Assembly (NCBI GenBank): GCA_963789395.1
Contig: CAWBKP010000014.1
Location: 192,001-256,000 of the forward strand
Direction of reading: 5' to 3'
DNA: 64,000 bases
Source: an uncultured delta proteobacterium
GTDB taxonomy: Bacteria; Desulfobacterota; Desulfobacteria; Desulfobacterales; Desulfatirhabdiaceae
Positions 33,021-41,892 of this stretch are shown here, one piece after another. A program made the translations under genes and the position numbers. Each line of letters begins with the position of its first letter. The stretch's first letter is position 1. The notes beneath the pieces are model-generated. The model ran no database searches. It saw only the letters and a list, made by a program, of their open reading frames with translations, and was not told the DNA's origin.

Positions 33021-33506
33021 TTAACTGTCAAGCCCCCGACTACACAGTCCGTAGAAAATTTTCCGAAGGTATCTTTCCTCGATGGGTCGAAGGAATGGCT
33101 CATCTTCAGTTTCCAGTTGTTTAACGGAAGCGTTGTCCGTGGCCGGCTTTTGAACCATGATTATCTTCCCACGGGATTTATCCGCACGCGGCTGTAGACA
33201 TTTATTTTTCTCCAGCCAGATATCACATTCGTCATGGGTGCCGATATACGTGACAAACAGGCAGTCTTTGTCCAGAACGCTAATCAACCTGTAACCGCAT
33301 CCGAGATCATATTTGGTGCATTTTTTAATTCGATGTTCACCGTTTTTGGTCACCGCCCCGATTCCAACCGGAGAATCACATCCCAAAAGCAACCGGTTGA
33401 TGATTGCATCCGCTTCTTTTGCGGCAATCGCCCCCTTTCTGCTCGCTTTTCGAATGGTCTCCAGTTGCTTGTCAAATTTGGGATCCCTGTACACAGAGCG
33501 GATCAA
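33021..33506 (-). CDS. Hypothetical protein with RelE/HigB-like signature
   Basis: TTG start behind AAGGAGG; KYDLGCGYRLISVLDKDCLFVTYIGTHDECDIWL. Confidence 0.6.
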   Translation of the reverse strand: MIRSVYRDPKFDKQLETIRKASRKGAIAAKEADAIINRLLLGCDSPVGIGAVTKNGEHRIKKCTKYDLGCGYRLISVLDKDCLFVTYIGTHDECDIWLEKNKCLQPRADKSRGKIIMVQKPATDNASVKQLETEDEPFLRPIEERYLRKIFYGLCSRGLDS

Positions 33507-34349
33507 TTTTCCTCCTTGTTCCCTGGCAACCACCACCAGCATAGCATGAAAAACCGTCTTACCGGCCCAATACACAGCAAAAGCGCTGCCATTCAATGAA
33601 AATTATGTTAACTGAGCGCTTGCCGGAACGCATGAAACACCCGTGAACTGATAAAATTATCAATCAGGAAGAATGACAGGAAAGACGCAAGGATGAGAAA
33701 AACAACTGATTACAAACTAACCAGAAACATGATCTTTCGGTCTTCTCCTGCGCTCACCAACCCGGGTGGCATTCTTTGCGCTATCTCAGGTAAAACCGAA
33801 AAATATTTTCATTGTAGAACCCAAAAAGATTAAATATTTAAAAAAGTCAGTCAGATCTCTGGTCTTTGCCGCGAATACCACACATCCATATTTCAGTTCT
33901 CGGATCTCTGAAGGAATAAAATGATAACGCACTTGTTATTGGAATTTTGGGAACCGGTTCAGAATCCGAAACGGTTGTCAATTTCAATAAATCACATTTT
34001 ATGATTTGTCAATTCGATATTTAAAGCTATAACTATACATGATTATTGATAGATTATTATAACCATAATGAATTTGACTTATTCTTATTTATCATGCAAT
34101 ACAATTTTGAATATGAACCACCCCTATCAACCGCTCAGACCATTAAGGTGTTGGCGGATACCCCTGCTTCTGCTGCTACCATGCGACATTTTACGAAAAT
34201 ACCGTTGCCCCGGCGGCGGGCCAGATTGCACAGGCCGAATATTTTTCGGTAAATTATGGCTTCAAATCATTATGATGCTGTCCGGCTTTTGATCGGCGAT
34301 ACAAGCCATATGGGGTTCAACAATCATTGCATTCAGAAAGGAGGCCAGC

Positions 34350-34559
34350 ATGAAACCAGGAGCGAGAAATCAATTAACGGGTAAAGTGACGTCCATTAAA
34401 AGCGATGAGATTATGTCGCTGGTCAAATTCAGTGTAACTGTTCCAAGGGAAATGGCGTCAGTGCTGACAACGGAATCTGTCAAAGATATGGGCCTGAATA
34501 TCGGAGATGAGGTAGAGCTGGTGATTAAGGCCATTCATGTATTGCCTTTGAAACGCTAA
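34350..34559 (+). CDS. TOBE/Mop molybdate-tungstate-binding protein
   Basis: GARNQLTGKVTSI...SVLTTESVKDMGLNIGDEV...IKA; strong RBS AAGGAGG. Confidence 0.9.
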   Translation: MKPGARNQLTGKVTSIKSDEIMSLVKFSVTVPREMASVLTTESVKDMGLNIGDEVELVIKAIHVLPLKR

Positions 34560-34567
34560 ACATTTTT

Positions 34568-34618
34568 TTGAGAAGGAGGGGTGGGTCCAGAAATCGCTTT
34601 ATGGTCCCACCCTTCTCA
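34568..34618. terminator. Hairpin between convergent genes
   Basis: TGAGAAGG..GGTGGG / CCCACCCTTCTCA inverted repeat. Confidence 0.45.
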
Positions 34619-34720
34619 TCAGCCCTTAACGCATGAGTTCAACAAATCCCCCCAGCTTTGCGCGTAGCGGATCGGTATCGAATGTTGAATAGTCGGATCC
34701 CTGAAAGTAAAAAAAGTCTG

Positions 34721-35545
34721 CTATTGATGCATTGGGGATTCCAGATAATCCGAGATCAGATCACGGGTTCGAAGAATTTCTTCATGTGCATCCAACTCAA
34801 TCGTCCACCACGTGCACTCTGTTGACAATAATCTATCAACAATCGGTCCGAGGAGGCTCATATCCTGCGGGGCATGATGCCTGTCAGTTTCCGACTCATA
34901 AAAATGCACTTCAACAAGGTCTTGACTAAATAAGTCAACAATTTGTGGAACGCTCATTTCGTTGTTTTTAACAAGCGGACAAGAAACGGCATGACCAATG
35001 TCCATGGTGATTTTGGCGCCCGTTTTTTGTGTCCATTCCAGAACTGTTTCAGGGTAACTTGTTGGCCCAAATCGTAAATTTTCCAGGCTGACTGTTATGC
35101 CATGATATCGGCCATATTCTACCAACCGACGTAAATTCCTCACGACATGGGTGTGGTTGAGTTCAATATCGGCCATCAACCCCACATGCACGGTTATATT
35201 TTGCTCACCAATTCCTTTGATTGAATCAAGGGCCAGAAAATGAAGCTGCATGGCTTCTTCGGCTTTCTCGGATCGATTATCGCCAATTTCATAGCCGGGG
35301 AAATATCCATGATGCCGGATACGGGTACCCTCTGAAATGTACGTGGCCAATTGTCCTGCCGTCTGGTCCAGGTTTCCTGCATCAGGCGTATATTCCAGAG
35401 AGAATCCTTCTTCCACTACCCAATCTAATTTTGAGGGAAAGGCATGCCATTGCGTTGAGACTGCGAGAGTCACCGGAAGGGGCGAGGCAAATCCGGTTAA
35501 TGCAGAAACGGTTTTTGTCATGGTTCGATAAATTTTTCTATGCAT
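34721..35545 (-). CDS. Sugar-phosphate isomerase/epimerase (AP-endonuclease-2) TIM-barrel metalloprotein
   Basis: TVHVG, SLENL, TMDIGHA, VHFYE, HHAP, TIE metal-ligand pattern. Confidence 0.8.
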   Translation of the reverse strand: MHRKIYRTMTKTVSALTGFASPLPVTLAVSTQWHAFPSKLDWVVEEGFSLEYTPDAGNLDQTAGQLATYISEGTRIRHHGYFPGYEIGDNRSEKAEEAMQLHFLALDSIKGIGEQNITVHVGLMADIELNHTHVVRNLRRLVEYGRYHGITVSLENLRFGPTSYPETVLEWTQKTGAKITMDIGHAVSCPLVKNNEMSVPQIVDLFSQDLVEVHFYESETDRHHAPQDMSLLGPIVDRLLSTECTWWTIELDAHEEILRTRDLISDYLESPMHQ

Positions 35546-35560
35546 ATATTGGGTAAAGGT

Positions 35561-36157
35561 CTATAGCGAAATGACCTTGTCGGCCAATTGCATGGCGGTA
35601 ACGATATCCAGCATATTGGTGGTTTCACCGACCTGTTTTCTTTCCAGCAGGTTGAAATGGTTCAGACAGGTGCCGCAAACCAAAATCTTGAGGCCCCCAT
35701 TTTCATAAGACTTGAGATCCTCAAGCACCTCCGAGCCGTCGATCGTCAGTTTGACGCCGTTGTTGACAAATACCAGCCGCCACAGATCCGGTCCCATTTC
35801 CTTCAGCGTACGCAGGAAACTGAGCATCAATTTCAGCCCCAATTCATCGTCGCCAAAACCCAACCGGTCTGTGGCGCACATCACGATGATTTTACTGGAA
35901 CCGGCTTCAGGCACGGCAGAAACTTGAGGAAGATCCGCAGGTAAGGCACCCAGCGTTCCGATGATCCGGTAATCGGATCCGGTTTGTTCAAGCCGGGTAC
36001 CAAAACCTTGAGACTCCAGAAACCGCTGAACATTCTGCTGGGAGGCCGCATTGTCAACAATAACGGAAAGGCTGCCGGGTTTTTCTTCCTGCAACACCGC
36101 CTTGGTGTGAAGAACCGGTGCTGGGCAGGCCAACCCCCGGGCATCAATTTCTTTCAT
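35561..36157 (-). CDS. yedF: Sulfurtransferase-like selenium metabolism protein YedF (TusA plus DsrE-like domains)
   Basis: IDARGLACPAPV; GDDELGLKLM; FVNNGVKL; CGTCL; GETTNMLDIV. Confidence 0.9.
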   Translation of the reverse strand: MKEIDARGLACPAPVLHTKAVLQEEKPGSLSVIVDNAASQQNVQRFLESQGFGTRLEQTGSDYRIIGTLGALPADLPQVSAVPEAGSSKIIVMCATDRLGFGDDELGLKLMLSFLRTLKEMGPDLWRLVFVNNGVKLTIDGSEVLEDLKSYENGGLKILVCGTCLNHFNLLERKQVGETTNMLDIVTAMQLADKVISL

Positions 36158-36172
36158 AAAAAAAGCTCCTTT

Positions 36173-36391
36173 TTATCCGGCAACCGGACAGGACAAGTCG
36201 CCGGCATGATATACATGTTTATAACCGCAATGCGGACAGGATTCGTCGAGGACTACCTTTGCATCCAGAGTCCTGTTCCCGGCCGCATCAGTGACCACGC
36301 CCCTGTTTTCACCAATTCTGTAATCCGCGCTTTCAAACACCTTGTTTTGATTCGGACAGACAAAAATCAATTTCATACGTTTAGCTGACAT
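36173..36391 (-). CDS. Small Cys/His-rich hypothetical protein
   Basis: FVCP...CPHCGYKHVY...LSCP; tightly packed between the activator gene and yedF. Confidence 0.7.
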   Translation of the reverse strand: MSAKRMKLIFVCPNQNKVFESADYRIGENRGVVTDAAGNRTLDAKVVLDESCPHCGYKHVYHAGDLSCPVAG

Positions 36392-36457
36392 CCTTCTGCT
36401 TCATGAAGCAAGAGAACGGAAACCGGCCGGAATCACACATGCGGTTTTCAGAGGTTT

Positions 36458-37216
36458 TTACGGGATTTGCATGGCCAGAAGTGCCGCACCCAATGCACCA
36501 ACCAGTTGAGGATCTTCCGGTACCAGAACTATTCTGCCCAATGTTTCCTCCAGGAAACGCCGCATGCAGGGGTTTTGGGCCACTCCTCCAGTAAAGACGA
36601 TATCTCCGGTGGTAGATACGCGGTTGATCATGCCGGCGGCCCGCTGGATGACGCTGGTGTGAATGCCGCGGGCGATTTCCCGGCGGTTTTGTCCTTTGGC
36701 AATCAGGGAAGTGACTTCAGATTCGGCAAATACCGTGCACATGCTGGAAATAGCCAGATCTTTTTCCGCCAGCAAAGCTTCCTGGCCAAAGGTTTCGATG
36801 TCAAAGCCCAGGGTTCTGGCCATGATCTCCAGGAATTTTCCGGTGCCGGCCGCACACCGGTCGTTCATTTCAAATTTTTTCACCTTGCCGGATTCAAACA
36901 GACTGATGGCCTTGCTGTCCTGACCACCGATATCCAACACTGCCAGAGCATCGGGGAAAAGAGCCCGTGCTCCTGTGGCATGGGCTTTAATTTCCGTGAC
37001 CGTCAGTGTATCAAAGGAAATCTCGAACAGATTCCGGCCGTAACCCGTGGCCATGATGCAATCATATGCTACACCATGGATCAGGTTCTTGGCAGCTGCC
37101 ATGGGATCGAATCCGGTGTCTGTCTGAAGACTGGTCACGATGCTTCCCGAATCATCCACCACCACCAGCTCAATGGTGCTCGATCCGATATCGATTCCTG
37201 CAAAACGTTTTCGCAT
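36458..37216 (-). CDS. ATP-dependent 4Fe-4S activator (HgdC/DCCP-R family)
   Basis: GIDIGSST, ATGYGR, DIGGQDSK, MNDRCAAGTGKFLE, SSMCTVFAESE, GGVA. Confidence 0.92.
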   Translation of the reverse strand: MRKRFAGIDIGSSTIELVVVDDSGSIVTSLQTDTGFDPMAAAKNLIHGVAYDCIMATGYGRNLFEISFDTLTVTEIKAHATGARALFPDALAVLDIGGQDSKAISLFESGKVKKFEMNDRCAAGTGKFLEIMARTLGFDIETFGQEALLAEKDLAISSMCTVFAESEVTSLIAKGQNRREIARGIHTSVIQRAAGMINRVSTTGDIVFTGGVAQNPCMRRFLEETLGRIVLVPEDPQLVGALGAALLAMQIP

Positions 37217-37234
37217 CCAAAAACTCCTGAAAGT

Positions 37235-38512
37235 CTATCGCAGTTGCTCGACAAAGGCTTCAATCCGGGTTTTCAACTGGCCGACATCTTCCATGCTGTA
37301 GTCGGTTTCAATGCGCAGGGTGGGAATATTCTTTTCCTCCAGGGCTTTTTCAACAGGAATGGATTCCATAAGGTAAGGCTGGCAGAACTGCAGGCCATAA
37401 TGAATCACGCCGTCGGCCTCGTATGCGGCAGCCATTTCCTGAATATGTTCCAGACGCTGTGGATTCGGTGTAAATATGGCGCAATCGACCTGGTAGTAAC
37501 GATCCACAATGGCTTCCATCATTTCATCGACGGTTTTACCGGATGCATCCGTCAGATTGCGGGTGCCGCGTTCCCCCACGCAGGACTCTTCGCCCACGAT
37601 CACCGCACCCGAAGTTTCCACGATAAATGGCAGCTTCCAGTTGGGGACGGCCTGAGGACAACCGGAGATGAGAATCCGGGGCGTCTTCTCCGGGAAAACA
37701 CCATTTTTCCCGGCAATGCGTTTTTCCAGTTCATCACAGATTTTGTTCACGGAATCCGTAAACCGGACAGGATTGTCATAGAAAAAAACCTGGTTGGCCA
37801 AAAGCGCATCCAGACCGGATATGGGCGCCGGATCGGCCTTGCGCAGAGATGACAGGCGATGAACGGCTGCGCGCTTGGCATTGACCGTCTGAATCGCCTG
37901 CTTCAGCGATCCGGCTGTAATCACGACTCCGGTGAGGGCTTCAACCGCGGTCCTGAACCGCTGGTATTCGGACTTCAACAGTGCTCTGCCCTGATCGGAC
38001 TTGACCTGGGGCAAATCCATCACATACAGGTTATTTACCAGATGTCCCAACGATTCATAGGCTTTTTTCTTGCCGTCGCAGGTATTCTCACCCACGATCA
38101 TATCCGCGCTTTCCAGATAAGGACAGACCTTGCCGAGTTTAAACCCGAAAGAGGACTTGATCAGGGCGCAGGTATTGCGGGGCAGGAGTTTTTCCACTTC
38201 CGGCATGGCGAAATCCGCACCCGAGCACAACCCCACCAGGGTGGCATTGGCTGCCAGAACGATTTCCTCGGGAACAAAGACACAATAAGAGCCGATGATT
38301 TTGCGGCCGGCCTTTTTTTCATCCAGAAGTTCTTTTATCCGCAACCCATGGACTTCGCTCATCACAAAGTCAAAATAACCCATTCCCTCCGGACGCTTTT
38401 TTTGTGACAGGAAAATGTCCTGGTAGGCACCACCTAAAACTCCCAAAAGAGCGTCATGGCCTGCCAGGTCAAGCCCCAAATCCTCCCACATCCCTCGATA
38501 ATCTTCACTCAT
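37235..38512 (-). CDS. Double-cubane-cluster protein (DCCP)-like reductase, 2-hydroxyacyl-CoA dehydratase superfamily
   Basis: YFDFVMSEVHGLRIKEL, YCVFVPEE, GLC, PRNTCALIKS, TCDGKKK, GCP, EESC, CAIFTPN, QFC, ETDYS...GQLKTRIEAF. Confidence 0.85.
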   Translation of the reverse strand: MSEDYRGMWEDLGLDLAGHDALLGVLGGAYQDIFLSQKKRPEGMGYFDFVMSEVHGLRIKELLDEKKAGRKIIGSYCVFVPEEIVLAANATLVGLCSGADFAMPEVEKLLPRNTCALIKSSFGFKLGKVCPYLESADMIVGENTCDGKKKAYESLGHLVNNLYVMDLPQVKSDQGRALLKSEYQRFRTAVEALTGVVITAGSLKQAIQTVNAKRAAVHRLSSLRKADPAPISGLDALLANQVFFYDNPVRFTDSVNKICDELEKRIAGKNGVFPEKTPRILISGCPQAVPNWKLPFIVETSGAVIVGEESCVGERGTRNLTDASGKTVDEMMEAIVDRYYQVDCAIFTPNPQRLEHIQEMAAAYEADGVIHYGLQFCQPYLMESIPVEKALEEKNIPTLRIETDYSMEDVGQLKTRIEAFVEQLR

Positions 38513-38777
38513 GATGGATCTCCTCAACTTCCGCGTTAAATATTGATAAACTGCACAATGGTTATGATTTTTGCAAGATCACGCTATGAACCGCTTGGAT
38601 CAAACTGTGGATGTTTATCTGGAGGATATATTAACAAAAGCTATTAAGCAAATTCATATTTATTATTACTTCAATGGGAATATTCCAATGTTCTATAGTG
38701 GTTAATAAAAATATTTTTGTTTTATTAATTCCGACAACTCAAAAGAGGATGGCGTTTTTTTAGCTCCGCTGCGCGTA

Positions 38778-39074
38778 TCATGTGGCGGTCATTCGAAGTC
38801 TCATCAATCGGAGATGACCACGCCGGCCCTGGAATACCGTTGAACCGTTCTGGTGGATGTGAATATACATAAGGGAGACGGTCACGACCTTCGAAAACTT
38901 GGGGGGGATGGATCTGGGGTCTGCGATATTGGTCAGGTGCCATGCCGGCGGCGAAAACGCGATGTCTGCTGGGACGCCGTGCAGGTACGTTTCTTCGATT
39001 GCTTGAAAGCCACTGATGCCGAGCCTGGAAATGAGATCCGGAAGATACTGAGGTGGTAGGGAATTTATGGTCAC
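38778..39074 (-). CDS. Possible hypothetical protein or gene fragment
   Basis: 98-aa ORF only; no motif recognised. Confidence 0.25.
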   Translation of the reverse strand: MTINSLPPQYLPDLISRLGISGFQAIEETYLHGVPADIAFSPPAWHLTNIADPRSIPPKFSKVVTVSLMYIHIHQNGSTVFQGRRGHLRLMRLRMTAT

Positions 39075-39634
39075 TTTCTAAAAAATGTATTTGGAATCCA
39101 TCAGGAGGTGCCAAATGGGAAAGAAGATGTGGATTTCAAAAAAAGGCTCAACGCTGATTTATATTCAGGTGATCCACTCGAAATATCGAGGAATCATATT
39201 TGAAACTCAATGTTTCATCATATGCTTGAGTCTGGCCATCTTTAACAACACTGATAGAATCAGTAATCTACCTGACCCCTCCGGTGTCCGTAACGATTTG
39301 CAATCAGTTATCTACAGAGGGATATCATGCTATAATGCCACTGCAATTCATCGCTTCCGGTGCTTGCATTATCCGCCATTTCTACATATTATCAGGTAAT
39401 TACATTATGATAAAGTCGCCAGAGCTGTCAAGCGAATTGACGCATACCGAACAGGTAACCATTGGCAACGCCGTTGGAATTGGGGAGAGGGCTTTTTCGT
39501 TTGATTCCATAACACAAAAAAGGTATCCTAAGATTCAGCTGATCAGCTGTGGCGCTTTGATTATGGCTGGATTGAATTGTAAGACTGATATGATAAGGAT
39601 CTTTTGGAAATTATAATGGAGAAAGATTGGCCGT

Positions 39635-39847
39635 ATGAAATTGACGCAGCTTGAATATCTTCGAGCGGTAACAGTGGAAATGGAAAAAACACGAGAGGAT
39701 CATCAAAGATATCCGGAAAGTTTTGAAACTGACTGTAATGCCTGTTGGGCTAGGCGCCGGAATCCACAACAGGCGGCAGCCGAGTTGGTTGTTAATTACG
39801 GTTGGTTGGATATACCGGTTAAGATTCGTCAGAAAAAGCCAAAGTGA
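39635..39847 (+). CDS. Small hypothetical protein
   Basis: 70-aa ATG ORF with GGAG upstream; contains CNAC. Confidence 0.45.
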   Translation: MKLTQLEYLRAVTVEMEKTREDHQRYPESFETDCNACWARRRNPQQAAAELVVNYGWLDIPVKIRQKKPK

Positions 39848-39923
39848 CCCCCGAAACGATTCTACGTTTGATCAACTTCAAAAATAATTGCAGGGTTCAT
39901 TGCCGATAGGGTTTCCAGAATCC

Positions 39924-40406
39924 ATGTCCAGTCAAAAAAATCCTGTAACGCCTGCAATCCGGAAGCTGAAGGCAGAGGCTGTTTCATTCTCGCTCCATCC
40001 TTACACCTATGAAGAAAACGGGGGAACCGCAGCCGCTTCTGCTGCCCTGGGCATTGTGGAACACGGGGTCATCAAGACACTGGCGATGGAGGATGATTCC
40101 GGCAATCCATTCATCGTGCTGATGCACGGAGATAAACAGGTTTCAGCCAAAGCACTGGCCCGGCAGCTGGGTGTAAAAACCGTTCAGCCCTGCACACAGC
40201 AGAAGGCTGAAAAAATTACCGGATATTCTGTGGGCGGCATTTCTCCCTTTGGCACCCGGCTGCCGCTTCCGGTTTACATGCAAGCCTCCATAGCGGAACT
40301 GCCGGAAATTTACATCAATGCCGGCAAAAGAGGTCTTCTTTTTTCCATCAGGCCCCGGGATCTGATACGGATATTGAATCCTGTCGTTGTCTCCGTTGCT
40401 ATCTGA
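39924..40406 (+). CDS. ybaK: Cys-tRNA(Pro) deacylase
   Basis: TPAI, IKTL, TGYSVGGISPFG, INAGKRG. Confidence 0.92.
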   Translation: MSSQKNPVTPAIRKLKAEAVSFSLHPYTYEENGGTAAASAALGIVEHGVIKTLAMEDDSGNPFIVLMHGDKQVSAKALARQLGVKTVQPCTQQKAEKITGYSVGGISPFGTRLPLPVYMQASIAELPEIYINAGKRGLLFSIRPRDLIRILNPVVVSVAI

Positions 40407-40505
40407 TGCCAGATGGGGACAGCCGCCGGTGTTTATTGATGGAATGAAGAGAAAATTGCCTGACGGCCTTAATGAAACATATTTGTCATTTTCAAACGAT
40501 TGGTT

Positions 40506-40534
40506 TTGACAATTATGTGTATTTGGAATATATT
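40506..40534 (+). promoter_or_regulatory. Sigma70-type promoter upstream of the glutamate synthase-carAB-purF run
   Basis: TTGACA-17bp-TATATT. Confidence 0.65.
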
Positions 40535-40553
40535 ATTACCGTTTGATTATGAT

Positions 40554-40623
40554 GCTGCTGTAACATGACTGCATTCAGCGAAACCGGTTCTTCGTTCGCA
40601 GACATGTACCAGCAGCTTTTTTT
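40554..40623 (+). terminator. Long leader hairpin plus T7 (attenuator or small RNA candidate)
   Basis: Nested pairing GCTGCTG/CAGCAGC, ACATG/CATGT, CTGC/GCAG, AGCGAA/TTCGTT, followed by TTTTTTT. Confidence 0.55.
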
Positions 40624-40761
40624 ATCTTCAGCAGATACCTGTCGCCATCCCGTGAATTGCGCGCGGCATAAATATTGCTTCCAGGATACACCCTTTTACC
40701 TCCCTTTTCATGATGCATTGTGCATAAAAAAAAGCAGGATGGCTTATAGGAGAAAACCAGC

Positions 40762-41892
40762 ATGTGTCGTTTATTTGCTTTAACCAGCGAAGAACCGCTT
40801 TCGCCCATGGTTGCCTTTGAAGCCCTGGATGTCATGCGCGAAGGACACGACGGCTCCGGCGTTGGCCTCTTCCTTCGGGATCTTGGCGGTCCGTTTGAGG
40901 ACATGAAGGATGCGCCGATCCTGTCCGGCATTTTTACCGAAAACGGTCTCAAACGCCTGGATACGTTCATGATGAATATCGGGTTCATGACAAAATACAA
41001 ATTGCCGATAAAAACTTCCAAAACACCGCCAGCAGGTGTTCCCAAGCGGGATATCTATCTGATCCGGGCCTATGAATACCCGGAGGAATGGGATGGACTC
41101 AGCCAGCCGGAGCTGTATATCCGCCTGGTGAAAATCCGCCTTCAGCTTCGGGAAATGGGCAAGGCCGAAGGCGATATGATGGTCTTTTCCTTCTGGCCCG
41201 ATGTCATCATGATCAAGGAAATCGGCGAGCCGCTCAAAGTCGCCCAGCACCTGAAGCTGGACCGGAAAGACATCAAGGCCAGGGTCATGATGGCCCAGGG
41301 ACGCCAGAACACCAACTACGCCATTAATCTCTATGCCTGTCATCCGTTTTTCCTTCAGGGATTTTCAACCATGACAAATGGCGAGAACACGGCGTTTATC
41401 CCGATCCGGGACTACCTTCAGTCCCGGGGGTTTCCCGGCTATACCGGGTATCAGTCCGATTCCGAAGTCTTTACCCATATTCTGCATTATACCCTGGAGA
41501 GGCTGGGACTGGGATTCGAGGCTTACAAGCATATCATCACGCCGCTTCAGGACGAAGACATCGCCGTTCACGCGGACGCCGCCCTGCTTCAGCAGCTCAA
41601 GCAGTCCTGCAGGCGGCTGATCATCGACGGGCCCAACTGCGTCATCGGATCCCTTCCGGATCACAGCCTGTTCATGGTTCAGGACCGTAAAAAACTCCGT
41701 CCCGGCGTAGTTGGCGGAAGGCCCGGAAAATATGCGTTTTCCTCTGAAATCTGCGGGCTGGATGCCGCCATTCCGGATCGCGATAAAACCCGGGATTTTC
41801 AGCCCATGCATTTAGACACGGCCATTGTTGGCCCGAACCGTCAGGAGGTTGCGGTATGCCGTCAAACATCCCCATTACCCCTTCCACACTGA
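40762..41892 (+). CDS. Class II glutamine amidotransferase, GltB domain-1-like subunit
   Basis: N-terminal MCRL, GHDGSG, RQNTN, CHPF, NGEN, SDSEV. Confidence 0.88.
   Translation: MCRLFALTSEEPLSPMVAFEALDVMREGHDGSGVGLFLRDLGGPFEDMKDAPILSGIFTENGLKRLDTFMMNIGFMTKYKLPIKTSKTPPAGVPKRDIYLIRAYEYPEEWDGLSQPELYIRLVKIRLQLREMGKAEGDMMVFSFWPDVIMIKEIGEPLKVAQHLKLDRKDIKARVMMAQGRQNTNYAINLYACHPFFLQGFSTMTNGENTAFIPIRDYLQSRGFPGYTGYQSDSEVFTHILHYTLERLGLGFEAYKHIITPLQDEDIAVHADAALLQQLKQSCRRLIIDGPNCVIGSLPDHSLFMVQDRKKLRPGVVGGRPGKYAFSSEICGLDAAIPDRDKTRDFQPMHLDTAIVGPNRQEVAVCRQTSPLPLPH

Noticed and set aside
34230..34349. Possible Moco/Wco riboswitch upstream of the TOBE gene
   Set aside because: Only the GAAAGGAG RBS-like end matches; the conserved core could not be found by eye. 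An Infernal scan would settle it.
39085..39616. Overlapping ORFs 39085-39399 and 39284-39616
   Set aside because: No recognisable motif, AT-rich, mutually overlapping; cannot be supported as genes.
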